In this document: positions 9,319 through 17,417 of the stretch, in pieces
How the letters are laid out: the number at the start of each line of letters is the position of its first letter
How positions within the stretch are numbered: position 1 is the first letter of the stretch
Origin: a virus
Taxonomy: Duplodnaviria > Caudoviricetes
DNA: 64,000 bases
Direction: 5' to 3' (one strand)
Virus record (IMG/VR): IMGVR_UViG_3300021399_000010
Coordinates: 15,215 to 79,214 of that record
Notes under the pieces: model-generated
What the model saw: the letters and a program-made list of their open reading frames with translations, nothing else
The model's database searches: none
What the model was told of the DNA's origin: nothing
Program-made: the position numbers and the translations under genes

Positions 9319-9612
9319 TTATATTGTACTACCAATTTCCAAATTACCGAATGCGTGACTACTTCTATAAATTCCAACAAACAACCGTTTAAAATAATTC
9401 AAAAGCATAGTCTCTTTGATGTCGGCATCTTCGTGTAATGTTCTGTGTGTGTTAGAGAATTGCCTTCCTATATCAATTACATATTTGCTAAACTCAAAGG
9501 TTCTTCCTTCCCTGTCAGTAAGAGTGCCATAGAACTTATCTCCATGTCTTTCTACAACAAAAGACTGAATGTGTTCGTCTATGTACTTCTGTATTTCTGA
9601 TTTTGTTTCCAT
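9319..9612 (-). CDS. Hypothetical protein
   Basis: 97-aa ORF. Confidence 0.65.
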   Translation of the reverse strand: METKSEIQKYIDEHIQSFVVERHGDKFYGTLTDREGRTFEFSKYVIDIGRQFSNTHRTLHEDADIKETMLLNYFKRLFVGIYRSSHAFGNLEIGSTI

Positions 9613-9621
9613 ATTCGTTTA

Positions 9622-9804
9622 TTATTTGTTGTTTTCTAAATCTGTTTTAAATACTCCATCTTCATAATTGTTATTGATACAGATGCTTTCTGGTACGAAC
9701 CAAACACCATCGGTAGAACCGTTCTTTGGAAACAACTCCAATGCCATTACCCTTGCGCACTTCTTTGCGCGTGGACAAATTTCTCCTTTGCAATAGTAAC
9801 TCAT
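9622..9804 (-). CDS. Small Cys-containing hypothetical protein
   Basis: Probable start MSYYCKGEICPRAKKC at 9804. Confidence 0.6.
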   Translation of the reverse strand: MSYYCKGEICPRAKKCARVMALELFPKNGSTDGVWFVPESICINNNYEDGVFKTDLENNK

Positions 9805-9838
9805 AATATTATTATTTGTTTGGCTATAAATTTGTTTG

Positions 9839-10633
9839 TTAGAAAAGTGACAGTTGATTCGTCTCGTTCTTGATGCGCTTGTTGGCAATATCAACATACT
9901 CTTGTGAAATCTCAAAGCCGATGTATTTTCTCCCAAGTTGTAATGCTGCAATAGCCGTTGTGCCGCTTCCCATGAAGGGGTCGAGCACTACGTCTCCTTC
10001 GTTAGTCCATGAAACGATGTGGTCAGCAGCCAATCTGACAGGGAAAGCGGCTGGATGGTATGATAGCTTCTGAGGTTGAATCTTCCAGATGTTTGTACGC
10101 TTTCCGTATTCCTTTGTCACGATTCTACGATGGTGAGTGCTTTCGCCATCTTTGTACGAACCATGAACAGAGCGTCTGTCGCTTGGTGCTTCCTTATTCT
10201 TACGGTCTTCGATAGGATTGAACTTCGTCGGATTTCCCTTGCTGAAAACGAACATGTACTCAAAGTTCTGTAAGTAGCACTTGTTTGAGCCGAGACAGCC
10301 GTTGCAAGTCTTCTCCCATATCATCGTGTCATGCAGATTGAATCCGCACTCCATGAAGTAGAGAGCCTGTCGGAACGATGTGCCTGTCTCGCTTCCGTTA
10401 AGGGTTGCGTCGTTGACATTCCAAACGACATAACCGCCGTCGGCAATCACTCGGTAGAGTTCCTTGATAATCGGCTTCCATACATGTTCGCCCCAAGTCT
10501 TATCTACGTCGTTATTGTAGGTACGGAGGTTGTCGTATGGTGGCGATGTCACCGTTAAGTCGATACACTCATCATCAAGCATTCTCATTCCTTCTACGTT
10601 GTCTTGACAATAAATCTTGTTTAACTCTAACAT
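9839..10633 (-). CDS. Beta-class amino DNA methyltransferase, probably N4-methylcytosine
   Basis: Motif IV VTSPPY precedes motif I VLDPFMGSGTT; HPAAFP. Confidence 0.9.
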   Translation of the reverse strand: MLELNKIYCQDNVEGMRMLDDECIDLTVTSPPYDNLRTYNNDVDKTWGEHVWKPIIKELYRVIADGGYVVWNVNDATLNGSETGTSFRQALYFMECGFNLHDTMIWEKTCNGCLGSNKCYLQNFEYMFVFSKGNPTKFNPIEDRKNKEAPSDRRSVHGSYKDGESTHHRRIVTKEYGKRTNIWKIQPQKLSYHPAAFPVRLAADHIVSWTNEGDVVLDPFMGSGTTAIAALQLGRKYIGFEISQEYVDIANKRIKNETNQLSLF

Positions 10634-10639
10634 ATTGTA

Positions 10640-11290
10640 TTATTTAAATAGTGATAGTTGTGATGTCTCTTGTTTGAATCTTTCTTGTGCCTTGTCAAAG
10701 AAATTTTTATCAATCTCGCATCCGACGTAATCATACCCCAACCTATAAGCTGCAATTCTTGAACTGAAAGAACCTGCCATCGGGTCAAAGATGATGTCAC
10801 CATTCTTTGCGTAGTTCTTAATCAACCACTCGTACAACTCCGTGGGCTTCTGTGTAGGATGAATACGCTTACCGTCTTTAGTGTCGCTTATAAACCCCAT
10901 TTGCCGCAAGTGAAACATCTTCACGACCTTTGTCATGTTAGTCCAAGCAAGTTCAGCATCAGCAAACACACTCTTGTTTGTAGTCCCATTGCATTTATCC
11001 CATACGAGCCAGCATTTCGACTGAGGCAACAGATGTGTAAAGTATTGCCCCCCCCATATAATTACGCGGTCAGACACCCTTAAAAGCTCGTCAAAAAACT
11101 CTTTTTGTGGTATTTCTTTATCCCACTTTACGTCTTCAAGAGTTGGTCTGTTGTCGCAAACGCCCCAACCGTTCTTTCCTCTTGCATAACTAATGCCAAA
11201 CGGAGGGTCGGCGATACAAAGTCCAAAATACTTGTCTGGCAGAGTCTTCATAAGCTCCATACAGTCGATGTTGTAAACTTCTGATTTCAT
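10640..11290 (-). CDS. Beta-class amino DNA methyltransferase, probably N6-methyladenine
   Basis: ADPPF, HPTQKP, IFDPMAGSFSS, GCEIDK. Confidence 0.88.
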   Translation of the reverse strand: MKSEVYNIDCMELMKTLPDKYFGLCIADPPFGISYARGKNGWGVCDNRPTLEDVKWDKEIPQKEFFDELLRVSDRVIIWGGQYFTHLLPQSKCWLVWDKCNGTTNKSVFADAELAWTNMTKVVKMFHLRQMGFISDTKDGKRIHPTQKPTELYEWLIKNYAKNGDIIFDPMAGSFSSRIAAYRLGYDYVGCEIDKNFFDKAQERFKQETSQLSLFK

Positions 11291-11296
11291 ATTATA

Positions 11297-11749
11297 CTAA
11301 ACTTTTTCATATCTGATAATTCTCTGACGTTTGCGCTTTGGCTTTTCTGCCTCTTTCTTTGCTTTTATCTCAGCCATTTTCTTTTCGTGTGCTTCGCGTC
11401 GTGCAAGTCTGTCAAGGTGTCTTTGCCAACATTCTTGAGAGTATTGTAAATTCTTTCGTTTTCTTTCACGAATTTCATCACGATGCTCGTAAGCCCAATC
11501 AAGTTTACTTGCTAATTCATCAAAGTTGTGGATAATATCTTCAATAGAAACGTCGTCATGTATAAATATACGTTTTTTGTATTTCTTTCGGAACTCATCA
11601 TCATTTATACCGCAAATGTGTACTGCAATTTTGTACGGCAAAACAAAAAGATGACAAGAGTGCATTTCTGGAAACTTTGTCTTTGAATACTTTAAACCAA
11701 GTCTTTCAACATGATTTATAAGTTCTTTAAGTTTTTCTTCTTTAGTCAT
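11297..11749 (-). CDS. Hypothetical protein with basic C-terminus
   Basis: 150-aa ORF, first gene after the long leader. Confidence 0.75.
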   Translation of the reverse strand: MTKEEKLKELINHVERLGLKYSKTKFPEMHSCHLFVLPYKIAVHICGINDDEFRKKYKKRIFIHDDVSIEDIIHNFDELASKLDWAYEHRDEIRERKRKNLQYSQECWQRHLDRLARREAHEKKMAEIKAKKEAEKPKRKRQRIIRYEKV

Positions 11750-12300
11750 ATATTATATTGTTTAAATTATTATCGTACTAAAACATTAACCGCAAAGGGT
11801 TTAAGTGTAGGGGATTTCGCAAATCATCCCCTTACCCACCGAGAAAATTAATTCAGCGGTGAGAATTGGATGATTTTGCTCTTGAAACTCCGCATTAGGG
11901 AATCGGCTTTTTCAATCGCCCCTCGGTTGGTGGTTCAAACGTCGGGTGTCAGGCTTTACAAATTTCCACTTGCGCACACGCATCCTTATTCCATCAGCGT
12001 CCGCCATTCGTGCATATATCCCATGTTCCTTTTGGCGGTTCTTTTCGTCCTACAGGGTAAACGTAAGATGACCCCGATAACCCCTGCGTTGACGGCTTTG
12101 ACTCACAATATCGTATGGCTTGCACCATGTTTCTTGCTATTGTCTTAGCGAGTAAAAACAAGAAAAAGCCAGACCTTATAAAACAAGAAATCCAACTTCG
12201 GTGTGGCGTCACTTCTGTTGGAAATCGTTTTTATATTGTCTGGCTTGAGCCTTCAAATGATAATTCGTATGTCCGTTACACAAGTACGCCACCTTGTTTC
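11750..12300 (-). ncRNA. Candidate structured leader or ncRNA
   Basis: About 550 nt with no convincing ORF, downstream of a promoter box; stems 12166-12174/12238-12246, 12191-12196/12217-12222, 11810-11815/11826-11831. Confidence 0.45.
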
Positions 12301-12306
12301 ACGATG

Positions 12307-12314
12307 CAAAGATA
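12307..12314 (-). promoter_or_regulatory. Bacteroidota -7 promoter box (TATCTTTG)
   Basis: Exact TAnnTTTG in an AT-rich intergenic stretch. Confidence 0.65.
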
Positions 12315-12360
12315 AGAATATTTTTTCATCCTCCAAATTTTTTGAGAGATTTTTTTCATT

Positions 12361-12519
12361 TTAATCCATTTCCTCGATTCTCCACCATTCAACATCGGGT
12401 TCATTAAGTCCCCAGAAGTCGATGAGGAATTTGCGAGAAACATCCTCACTTGTGGTGTATGTAGGTGTCAAAACACCATCCCTACCACGTTCCTTAATTG
12501 TTGCTTTGTAGGTTTTCAT
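12361..12519 (-). CDS. Hypothetical protein
   Basis: Probable start MKTYKAT at 12519. Confidence 0.6.
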   Translation of the reverse strand: MKTYKATIKERGRDGVLTPTYTTSEDVSRKFLIDFWGLNEPDVEWWRIEEMD

Positions 12520-12614
12520 GTTAGAATTTGATTTAATGCGGTTTATTTTGCTTGTGTTCCATTTTCTCGTCATAGGTGTGTAGTTGTCCCACAAAAACAA
12601 GAAACGCGCTTACA

Positions 12615-12914
12615 TCAGAAATTAGAAATGTCGATAACCTTTGTCTCTGTGTATTCAATCTTTCCTTTGTATCCTCGACGTGATAGTTCCTCCATAAGTT
12701 CTCTGGGTGTGAAATCATGGATGCGGAGATGTCTCGCATTCTGCACTGCGGCAGACATCTCGTCAAGTTTCTCCTCCGCTTCGCGTATTGCGTTAGCTTT
12801 GCGTTTTGCGTTTGCACACTCTGTACAAACACTCACTCTTTTCCCCCATCGGGAAAGCTTGAACATGGTCTCGTCAAGTTCACGACCACATGTTTTGCAA
12901 ATAATAGTTCCCAT
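12615..12914 (-). CDS. Zinc-finger protein
   Basis: CKTC...CTEC followed by a coiled coil. Confidence 0.7.
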   Translation of the reverse strand: MGTIICKTCGRELDETMFKLSRWGKRVSVCTECANAKRKANAIREAEEKLDEMSAAVQNARHLRIHDFTPRELMEELSRRGYKGKIEYTETKVIDISNF

Positions 12915-12942
12915 ATTAAATAAAATTAAGTTAGATGTCTGT

Positions 12943-13038
12943 TTATAAAATCCCGTAGTAAAACCAGATGTACACCATGATAATGATAAAGGCGAACAGC
13001 ATTGTCAAGACACCTTTGATTAATTCTTTTGTTTCCAT
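12943..13038 (-). CDS. 31-aa single-TM peptide
   Basis: Hand translation METKELIKGVLTMLFAFIIIMVYIWFYYGIL; fills the gap. Confidence 0.5.
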   Translation of the reverse strand: METKELIKGVLTMLFAFIIIMVYIWFYYGIL

Positions 13039-13041
13039 TTT

Positions 13042-13377
13042 TTATTTTAATATTATGTTATGTTTCTCAAGGAAGTTCTGAAACTCGTCGTATGTGCGAG
13101 CACCAACGTTCTTCAATGACTTGAACCTCTTTTCATTTCCGATATGGTCAACGATGTCTTGAATCGTAGCATCGGACTGGATTCCGTTCTTTCTCATGAA
13201 GTCTCTGATGACATTGATTAACCGCGTGGACACTCCTTCGTTCTTCATCGTGTCAAGCATTCTCTCGCCGTTCGTTGTCGATAGTGAACACTCATTCTCG
13301 CAGCTTTTAATCATCTCTTCCACGAGAGTTTGCATATCCACAATCGACTCCAGTAGTTTTTCCAATTTCTCTTTCAT
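13042..13377 (-). CDS. RNA polymerase alpha C-terminal domain-like protein
   Basis: VSTRLINVI...TIQDIV...LKNVGARTYDEFQNFLEKHNI aligns by eye with alpha-CTD LSVRSANCL...YIGDLV...[20 protein letters not shown]. Confidence 0.6.
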   Translation of the reverse strand: MKEKLEKLLESIVDMQTLVEEMIKSCENECSLSTTNGERMLDTMKNEGVSTRLINVIRDFMRKNGIQSDATIQDIVDHIGNEKRFKSLKNVGARTYDEFQNFLEKHNIILK

Positions 13378-13769
13378 TGTTTTGTTGTTTTAAGTCTTCT
13401 TAATCCTTTATATATTAAGTAAAATGATATTAATATATTGACAAGAGAGATGATGTATATATCTGCGCCACTCATCTCTGTCTGCAACAAGTCTCTTTCC
13501 AATAGGTTGACAAATATATATCCGCAACATAGTTTGTTATACACACACGTCTCAATTGCAAATGATATTATCGTTATTAATATTGACGACCCTATATCGT
13601 ATCTGAAATAATCTGAGATAAACCAAGATATTTCCTTGTTGAGGTATACTCCGTCATAGAATTGCACATAATCGTTCGTGGACAGAGAAATGATATTCTC
13701 TAAAAACGACACCATTATGATTGTTGTGATGACAAACGGAATAACCCGTCCCGTTTCAATCATCAACAC
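13374..13769 (-). CDS. Multi-pass membrane protein
   Basis: Three to four hydrophobic segments. Confidence 0.65.
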   Translation of the reverse strand: MLMIETGRVIPFVITTIIMVSFLENIISLSTNDYVQFYDGVYLNKEISWFISDYFRYDIGSSILITIISFAIETCVYNKLCCGYIFVNLLERDLLQTEMSGADIYIISLVNILISFYLIYKGLRRLKTTKQ

Positions 13770-13794
13770 TCTGGACTTGTGAATCAGTCTCGTA

Positions 13795-13974
13795 TTATTT
13801 CTTTTTTATCTTCACCTTGAAACTCGGGCCGTTGTCTGGATAGACTTTCGCCTTCGCTTTCTTTATCTTAATTGTGTCTTGTTTCTCGACCATCGTCGCA
13901 TCGTTCCTGTGGATGAGTTTCGCAGACTGCCTCACTCTAACCTTTACCTTCTTCCTTTTCTTTGGTTTCCCCAT
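13795..13974 (-). CDS. 59-aa highly basic protein not in the ORF track
   Basis: MGKPKKRKKVKVRVRQ...KVKIKKK; 22 K/R versus 4 D/E. Confidence 0.6.
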   Translation of the reverse strand: MGKPKKRKKVKVRVRQSAKLIHRNDATMVEKQDTIKIKKAKAKVYPDNGPSFKVKIKKK

Positions 13975-13993
13975 ATTCTTTCAGTTTAACTTG

Positions 13994-14063
13994 CGACACG
14001 GGAGGGAGTCGAACCCACATATACTCCTCACTCGGAGTCACGTAACCATTCCGTCACCGTGTC
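13994..14063 (-). tRNA. tRNA-like element (pseudo-tRNA) with 6-nt anticodon loop
   Basis: Acceptor GACACGG/CCGTGTC, D-loop AATGGTT, stem ACTCC/GGAGT with loop GAGTGA, T-arm GTGGG-TTCGACT-CCCTC; no encoded CCA. Confidence 0.7.
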
Positions 14064-14119
14064 TAACCTACGTGTGTTTCACAACACTTCAGTTTTACCT
14101 CAACATTACAACAATATCT

Positions 14120-14135
14120 TAACTTTGCAAAGTTA
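14120..14135. promoter_or_regulatory. Perfect 16-bp palindrome holding a TAnnTTTG box on each strand
   Basis: TAACTTTGCAAAGTTA; the minus-strand box points at the tRNA-like element. Confidence 0.55.
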
Positions 14136-14172
14136 TATTTTACTTTGCATACAACAAAGATTTTAACAACCT

Positions 14173-14631
14173 TTAAATCACATATATGATTGACTTCCGT
14201 GAAGAGATGTCTGACATATCAAGGTCGATGTAACTTGTAAGTGCGTCCGAAATCTCCTTGTTTTTCTTCATGTATTCCTCTTCAGACGTTGTGTCGCAAA
14301 GTTCTTTCAACGACCTACAGTAGTCTCTCAAAGACTTCTTGGTCGGGAAGTTGAAGACGATTATTCCGTGTCGTGCTCTCCATCTACAGGAGCGAGCGTA
14401 TTCCTGTGTGTGGTCGTACTTTATGATTTCATGTCCGCAACAATACACCTCCACGGTCTCTCCCATATTGTATCCGCTTGTCGCATGCTCGTGGAAGTTG
14501 ACGGTTCGGTCTACGAAGTACCCCGTCAATGAATATGGTACACCAAATGAGTGGAGTATGTCGTGTACACGTTTAAGTTCCTCATACTCTTTGAATTTCT
14601 CCACGATGTAATTGTAACTTCTATCTTCCAT
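14173..14631 (-). CDS. Hypothetical protein
   Basis: 152-aa ORF. Confidence 0.75.
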   Translation of the reverse strand: MEDRSYNYIVEKFKEYEELKRVHDILHSFGVPYSLTGYFVDRTVNFHEHATSGYNMGETVEVYCCGHEIIKYDHTQEYARSCRWRARHGIIVFNFPTKKSLRDYCRSLKELCDTTSEEEYMKKNKEISDALTSYIDLDMSDISSRKSIIYVI

Positions 14632-14643
14632 GTTTCTGTTTTT

Positions 14644-14880
14644 TCAATTGTTGTCCAATAAGTCGTTTATCTTGTCTATTAGTTCCGAAATGTCTGAGAC
14701 AATCTCGTCGAGAGTCTCAATGTTTTCCTCCATCGTGCATCCCCTGTCAGACTCCTTGAGTCCGTCAGGCATGTTCTCATACACATCCGACTCGTCTTCC
14801 ATTACCGACTCCAGAATGGATTGGTTGTCGACAAGACTATCTACAACCATGTTCAATCTCTTTCTTCTTTCCTTGTTCAT
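14644..14880 (-). CDS. Acidic helical hypothetical protein
   Basis: MNKERRKRL...ENMPDGLKESDRG; 78 aa. Confidence 0.75.
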   Translation of the reverse strand: MNKERRKRLNMVVDSLVDNQSILESVMEDESDVYENMPDGLKESDRGCTMEENIETLDEIVSDISELIDKINDLLDNN

Positions 14881-14993
14881 GTGTTTGAATTTAATTACTT
14901 ACGCATACCTCTACCACCCATGCGGATGAAGTCACCATTGAGGATGCAGCCGATTATTCCGATAAATACGATAATTGCCATCTTTAGTTTTTT

Positions 14994-15785
14994 TTAGTTT
15001 TTTATGGATTTATATGTTGCTTGTATATAGCCTCTCAGTTTGGTCTGGGACTTCTTCACGTCTGAAAAATCCCATGATTGGAACAAGTCTCTGTCTATTT
15101 CAGAGTAGTCCCTCATCATAGACAAGATTCTTGTCTTGTTGTTTCCCTTCGTACTTATCTGTCCCCAATACCAATGATATGGATTGTCGTTCTTCGTCGC
15201 TTCGGGGAATACATTGCGAAGAACTTTGAGGAATGCCTGAACGTCTCGACTGTTCTTGTGTCGACTGTTCTTCGTTTTTCCACGCTGCTCGTACTCAGTA
15301 GCTTTCTCTTCCTCTGATTTTTTTGAGATTGTAAGTTTGTATTTGTCACTTGCGCCGCCCAATTTGCAGCCTTTTGCTTTCTTGACTGCAAGTGCTTTCT
15401 TTGTGCGGTCTGATGTCAACTCTCGTTCATACTGCGCAACAGATGCGAACACGCCAAGGAGGAGGGTGTTGATTTGTGGCATGTCACAGAAGTGAATTTC
15501 TATGCCTGTGTTGATGACCTTGAAACAGAACTCCACATCTCTCGCAAGTCTGTCAAGCTTCGCAATGACCAGAGCACATCCGTTTTGTTTGCAGAAGTCG
15601 ATAGCATTCAGAAGTCCCTTTCTGTCTCGGTGTGTACCGCTCTCAACATCCATGAACTGTTCTACCTTCTCTCCGTCGTTGGCTCGGATGAAGTCTTCGC
15701 AAATCTTTTGCTGAGACTCAAGGCCAAGCCCAGAACGCCCTTGTTTCTGTGTTGAGACTCGGATGTATACTGAATACTTTTTCAT
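14994..15785 (-). CDS. Small serine recombinase (resolvase/invertase family)
   Basis: YIRVSTQKQ with catalytic Ser, ESG..DRKGL, VIAKLDRLAR, SVAQYERELTSDRTK. Confidence 0.92.
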   Translation of the reverse strand: MKKYSVYIRVSTQKQGRSGLGLESQQKICEDFIRANDGEKVEQFMDVESGTHRDRKGLLNAIDFCKQNGCALVIAKLDRLARDVEFCFKVINTGIEIHFCDMPQINTLLLGVFASVAQYERELTSDRTKKALAVKKAKGCKLGGASDKYKLTISKKSEEEKATEYEQRGKTKNSRHKNSRDVQAFLKVLRNVFPEATKNDNPYHWYWGQISTKGNNKTRILSMMRDYSEIDRDLFQSWDFSDVKKSQTKLRGYIQATYKSIKN

Positions 15786-16096
15786 AGTTCGTAAGTTTCA
15801 TTCCACTGTTTCTTCGTATACGGGATTGCATATCCGTTCTCGCGTTTTGCGAGACTGAACTGTTTGTCGGTGAAGAGTCGGACTGTGTAAGTCTTGTCCA
15901 ACTTCTTGTCGAACTCGTTGATGAACTTGAGTGCGGCGTCCTTCGTACCGAACCATTTGCGGAAGGTCTTTGGACTCTCGTAGTTGCGCAGTGTCTCTCC
16001 GAATGCCTTGCGGTCATGTTTGGTAACCACTCCGTATGAAGGAAATAACTCTGCCCAGATAACCTTGTATGCGCTTATTGTTTCAATCGTTTTCAT
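15782..16096 (-). CDS. Hypothetical protein
   Basis: 104-aa ORF, ATGA-coupled to the recombinase. Confidence 0.75.
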   Translation of the reverse strand: MKTIETISAYKVIWAELFPSYGVVTKHDRKAFGETLRNYESPKTFRKWFGTKDAALKFINEFDKKLDKTYTVRLFTDKQFSLAKRENGYAIPYTKKQWNETYEL

Positions 16097-16109
16097 AATG
16101 CTAATGTTT

Positions 16110-16562
16110 TTATCCGTAAATTGCCTCTCCGAAAGTAATTATCTGTAGCAGGTTCTCAGCCTCTGTCAAATCAAGGTCGTACGAATCGTCGTTGATAAGG
16201 TCGAAAGCGCATTTAGCATCCCAATCGCCATTGTCAAGAGCCTTCTGAAGACCTTTCTTGATGTCTGAAAGAGTAATAGTGTAGTCCATTGTCTCATTAT
16301 CAGAATCCCATGAGTGATACAATTTGCCGTGAAAATCTTCCTCGTCCTCTGCTTGTCTGTCGTATATTACTATTGACTTTCCGTTTAGCAACAACTTGGC
16401 GCACTTGTCCTCGATGCAGTCGTATTCGTCTGGGTTTGGAATTTTGCGATAGTCTCCTACGTTGTAGTCAACTCCAAAGAGTTGAGAGCCATAAAGTCCT
16501 GTTGAAAGCAGATTAACGATGTCGTCATGCGTGATTTCCGTGATTGTTGTTTTTGTTTTCAT
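16110..16562 (-). CDS. Acidic hypothetical protein
   Basis: 150 aa, ends LQIITFGEAIYG; preceded by the leader repeat. Confidence 0.8.
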   Translation of the reverse strand: MKTKTTITEITHDDIVNLLSTGLYGSQLFGVDYNVGDYRKIPNPDEYDCIEDKCAKLLLNGKSIVIYDRQAEDEEDFHGKLYHSWDSDNETMDYTITLSDIKKGLQKALDNGDWDAKCAFDLINDDSYDLDLTEAENLLQIITFGEAIYG

Positions 16563-16580
16563 AATTGTAATGTTTTAATG

Positions 16581-16826
16581 TTAATACTTACTATACACAC
16601 TCTCTATTTCTGTTGAGATTCTATCCAAATTCATAGTTCTGTCTACTTTGAAACAGCGAAACGCCATAGGATTCATATTGTTCGCATATCCGAAGGATGA
16701 TGGTCTTACCATTATTCTCTCTGGTAAACCGAAAAGAGATATATAAACATTGAAAATCCTATATCTTTTCCATTCCTTAGTATCGAAAGCCTCTTGCAAC
16801 TTTCTTTTGATTTCCTTGTTGTTCAT
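16581..16826 (-). CDS. Hypothetical protein
   Basis: 81-aa ORF with the leader repeat. Confidence 0.7.
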   Translation of the reverse strand: MNNKEIKRKLQEAFDTKEWKRYRIFNVYISLFGLPERIMVRPSSFGYANNMNPMAFRCFKVDRTMNLDRISTEIESVYSKY

Positions 16827-16854
16827 TTTTCTAATGTTTTATGTTAATACTTTG

Positions 16855-16862
16855 CAAAATTA
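16855..16862 (-). promoter_or_regulatory. Possible -7 box TAATTTTG
   Basis: TAnnTTTG immediately upstream of a leader-repeat copy. Confidence 0.4.
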
Positions 16863-17147
16863 ATCTTTGTCTGTTTGAAATTTATATCGTCCGTTCTCTA
16901 TCGTAGTACCTCTTGGAACGAGGTCAATGTGAGGTGGAGTTTCGTAGTGTCCTATAACAAATCCGTATTCCTTGATGTATTCCGTCTCAGGATTGAACGT
17001 GAAATCGTCTACGTCGAACATCACACTGTTCTTGCAGATTACCAAGTCCCTGCTCTTGCACAGAGCCTTAACATCGTCAAGTTTCATTTCTCTGTATTGA
17101 CTTGACTCACCAACAATCCATACCCATGCTCTTGTAACCATACTCAA
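16860..17147 (-). CDS. Hypothetical protein
   Basis: 95-aa ORF. Confidence 0.7.
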   Translation of the reverse strand: MSMVTRAWVWIVGESSQYREMKLDDVKALCKSRDLVICKNSVMFDVDDFTFNPETEYIKEYGFVIGHYETPPHIDLVPRGTTIENGRYKFQTDKD

Positions 17148-17413
17148 TCCATCTCGTTAACGTTAATAAAGTTTCCGTCATTGTCGTAAATCTCGCATTG
17201 AAGATTCACCCTCGCAATTCCGTCTTCATCTCTTATTGTTGCAAGAATGTTTTTGTAGTTTATATCCGCCAATCCATTCCCGTCACTTGGTTTTTCTGCG
17301 CCATAGTACAGGTTGTTGGTTCTGACAATATTGTCCACATCACTCCATTTCTGTCCGTCAAACATATTGCAAAACTCTGTATAGTCTTGCTGTCCTTTTG
17401 CCAAATAGTCCAT
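17144..17413 (-). CDS. Hypothetical protein
   Basis: Probable start MDYLAKG at 17413. Confidence 0.7.
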   Translation of the reverse strand: MDYLAKGQQDYTEFCNMFDGQKWSDVDNIVRTNNLYYGAEKPSDGNGLADINYKNILATIRDEDGIARVNLQCEIYDNDGNFINVNEMD

Positions 17414-17417
17414 AGTT

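Noticed and set aside
11297-11749. Possible Vsr/DUF559-like nuclease fold
   Set aside because: Only a weak LFVLPYKIAVHI resemblance; the catalytic acidic residues are missing.
11960-12010. Hammerhead-like CTGATGG...GGAAA on the minus strand (also CTGAGCA...CGAAA near 24015-24047)
   Set aside because: The core deviates from CUGANGA and no stem II closes before GAAA.
13795-13974. Phage-encoded ribosomal protein bS21
   Set aside because: Similar size and charge but no ALK(R/K)FKR or KPS motifs.
13975-13993. Theta (HDV-like) ribozyme downstream of the tRNA-like elements
   Set aside because: Both 3' flanks are short A/T-rich spacers leading straight to a start codon.
14994-15785. Integrase, or Mu/P1-type tail-fibre invertase
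   Set aside because: Too short for a large serine integrase; not near the fibre genes; no inverted repeats or reversed fibre cassettes were seen.
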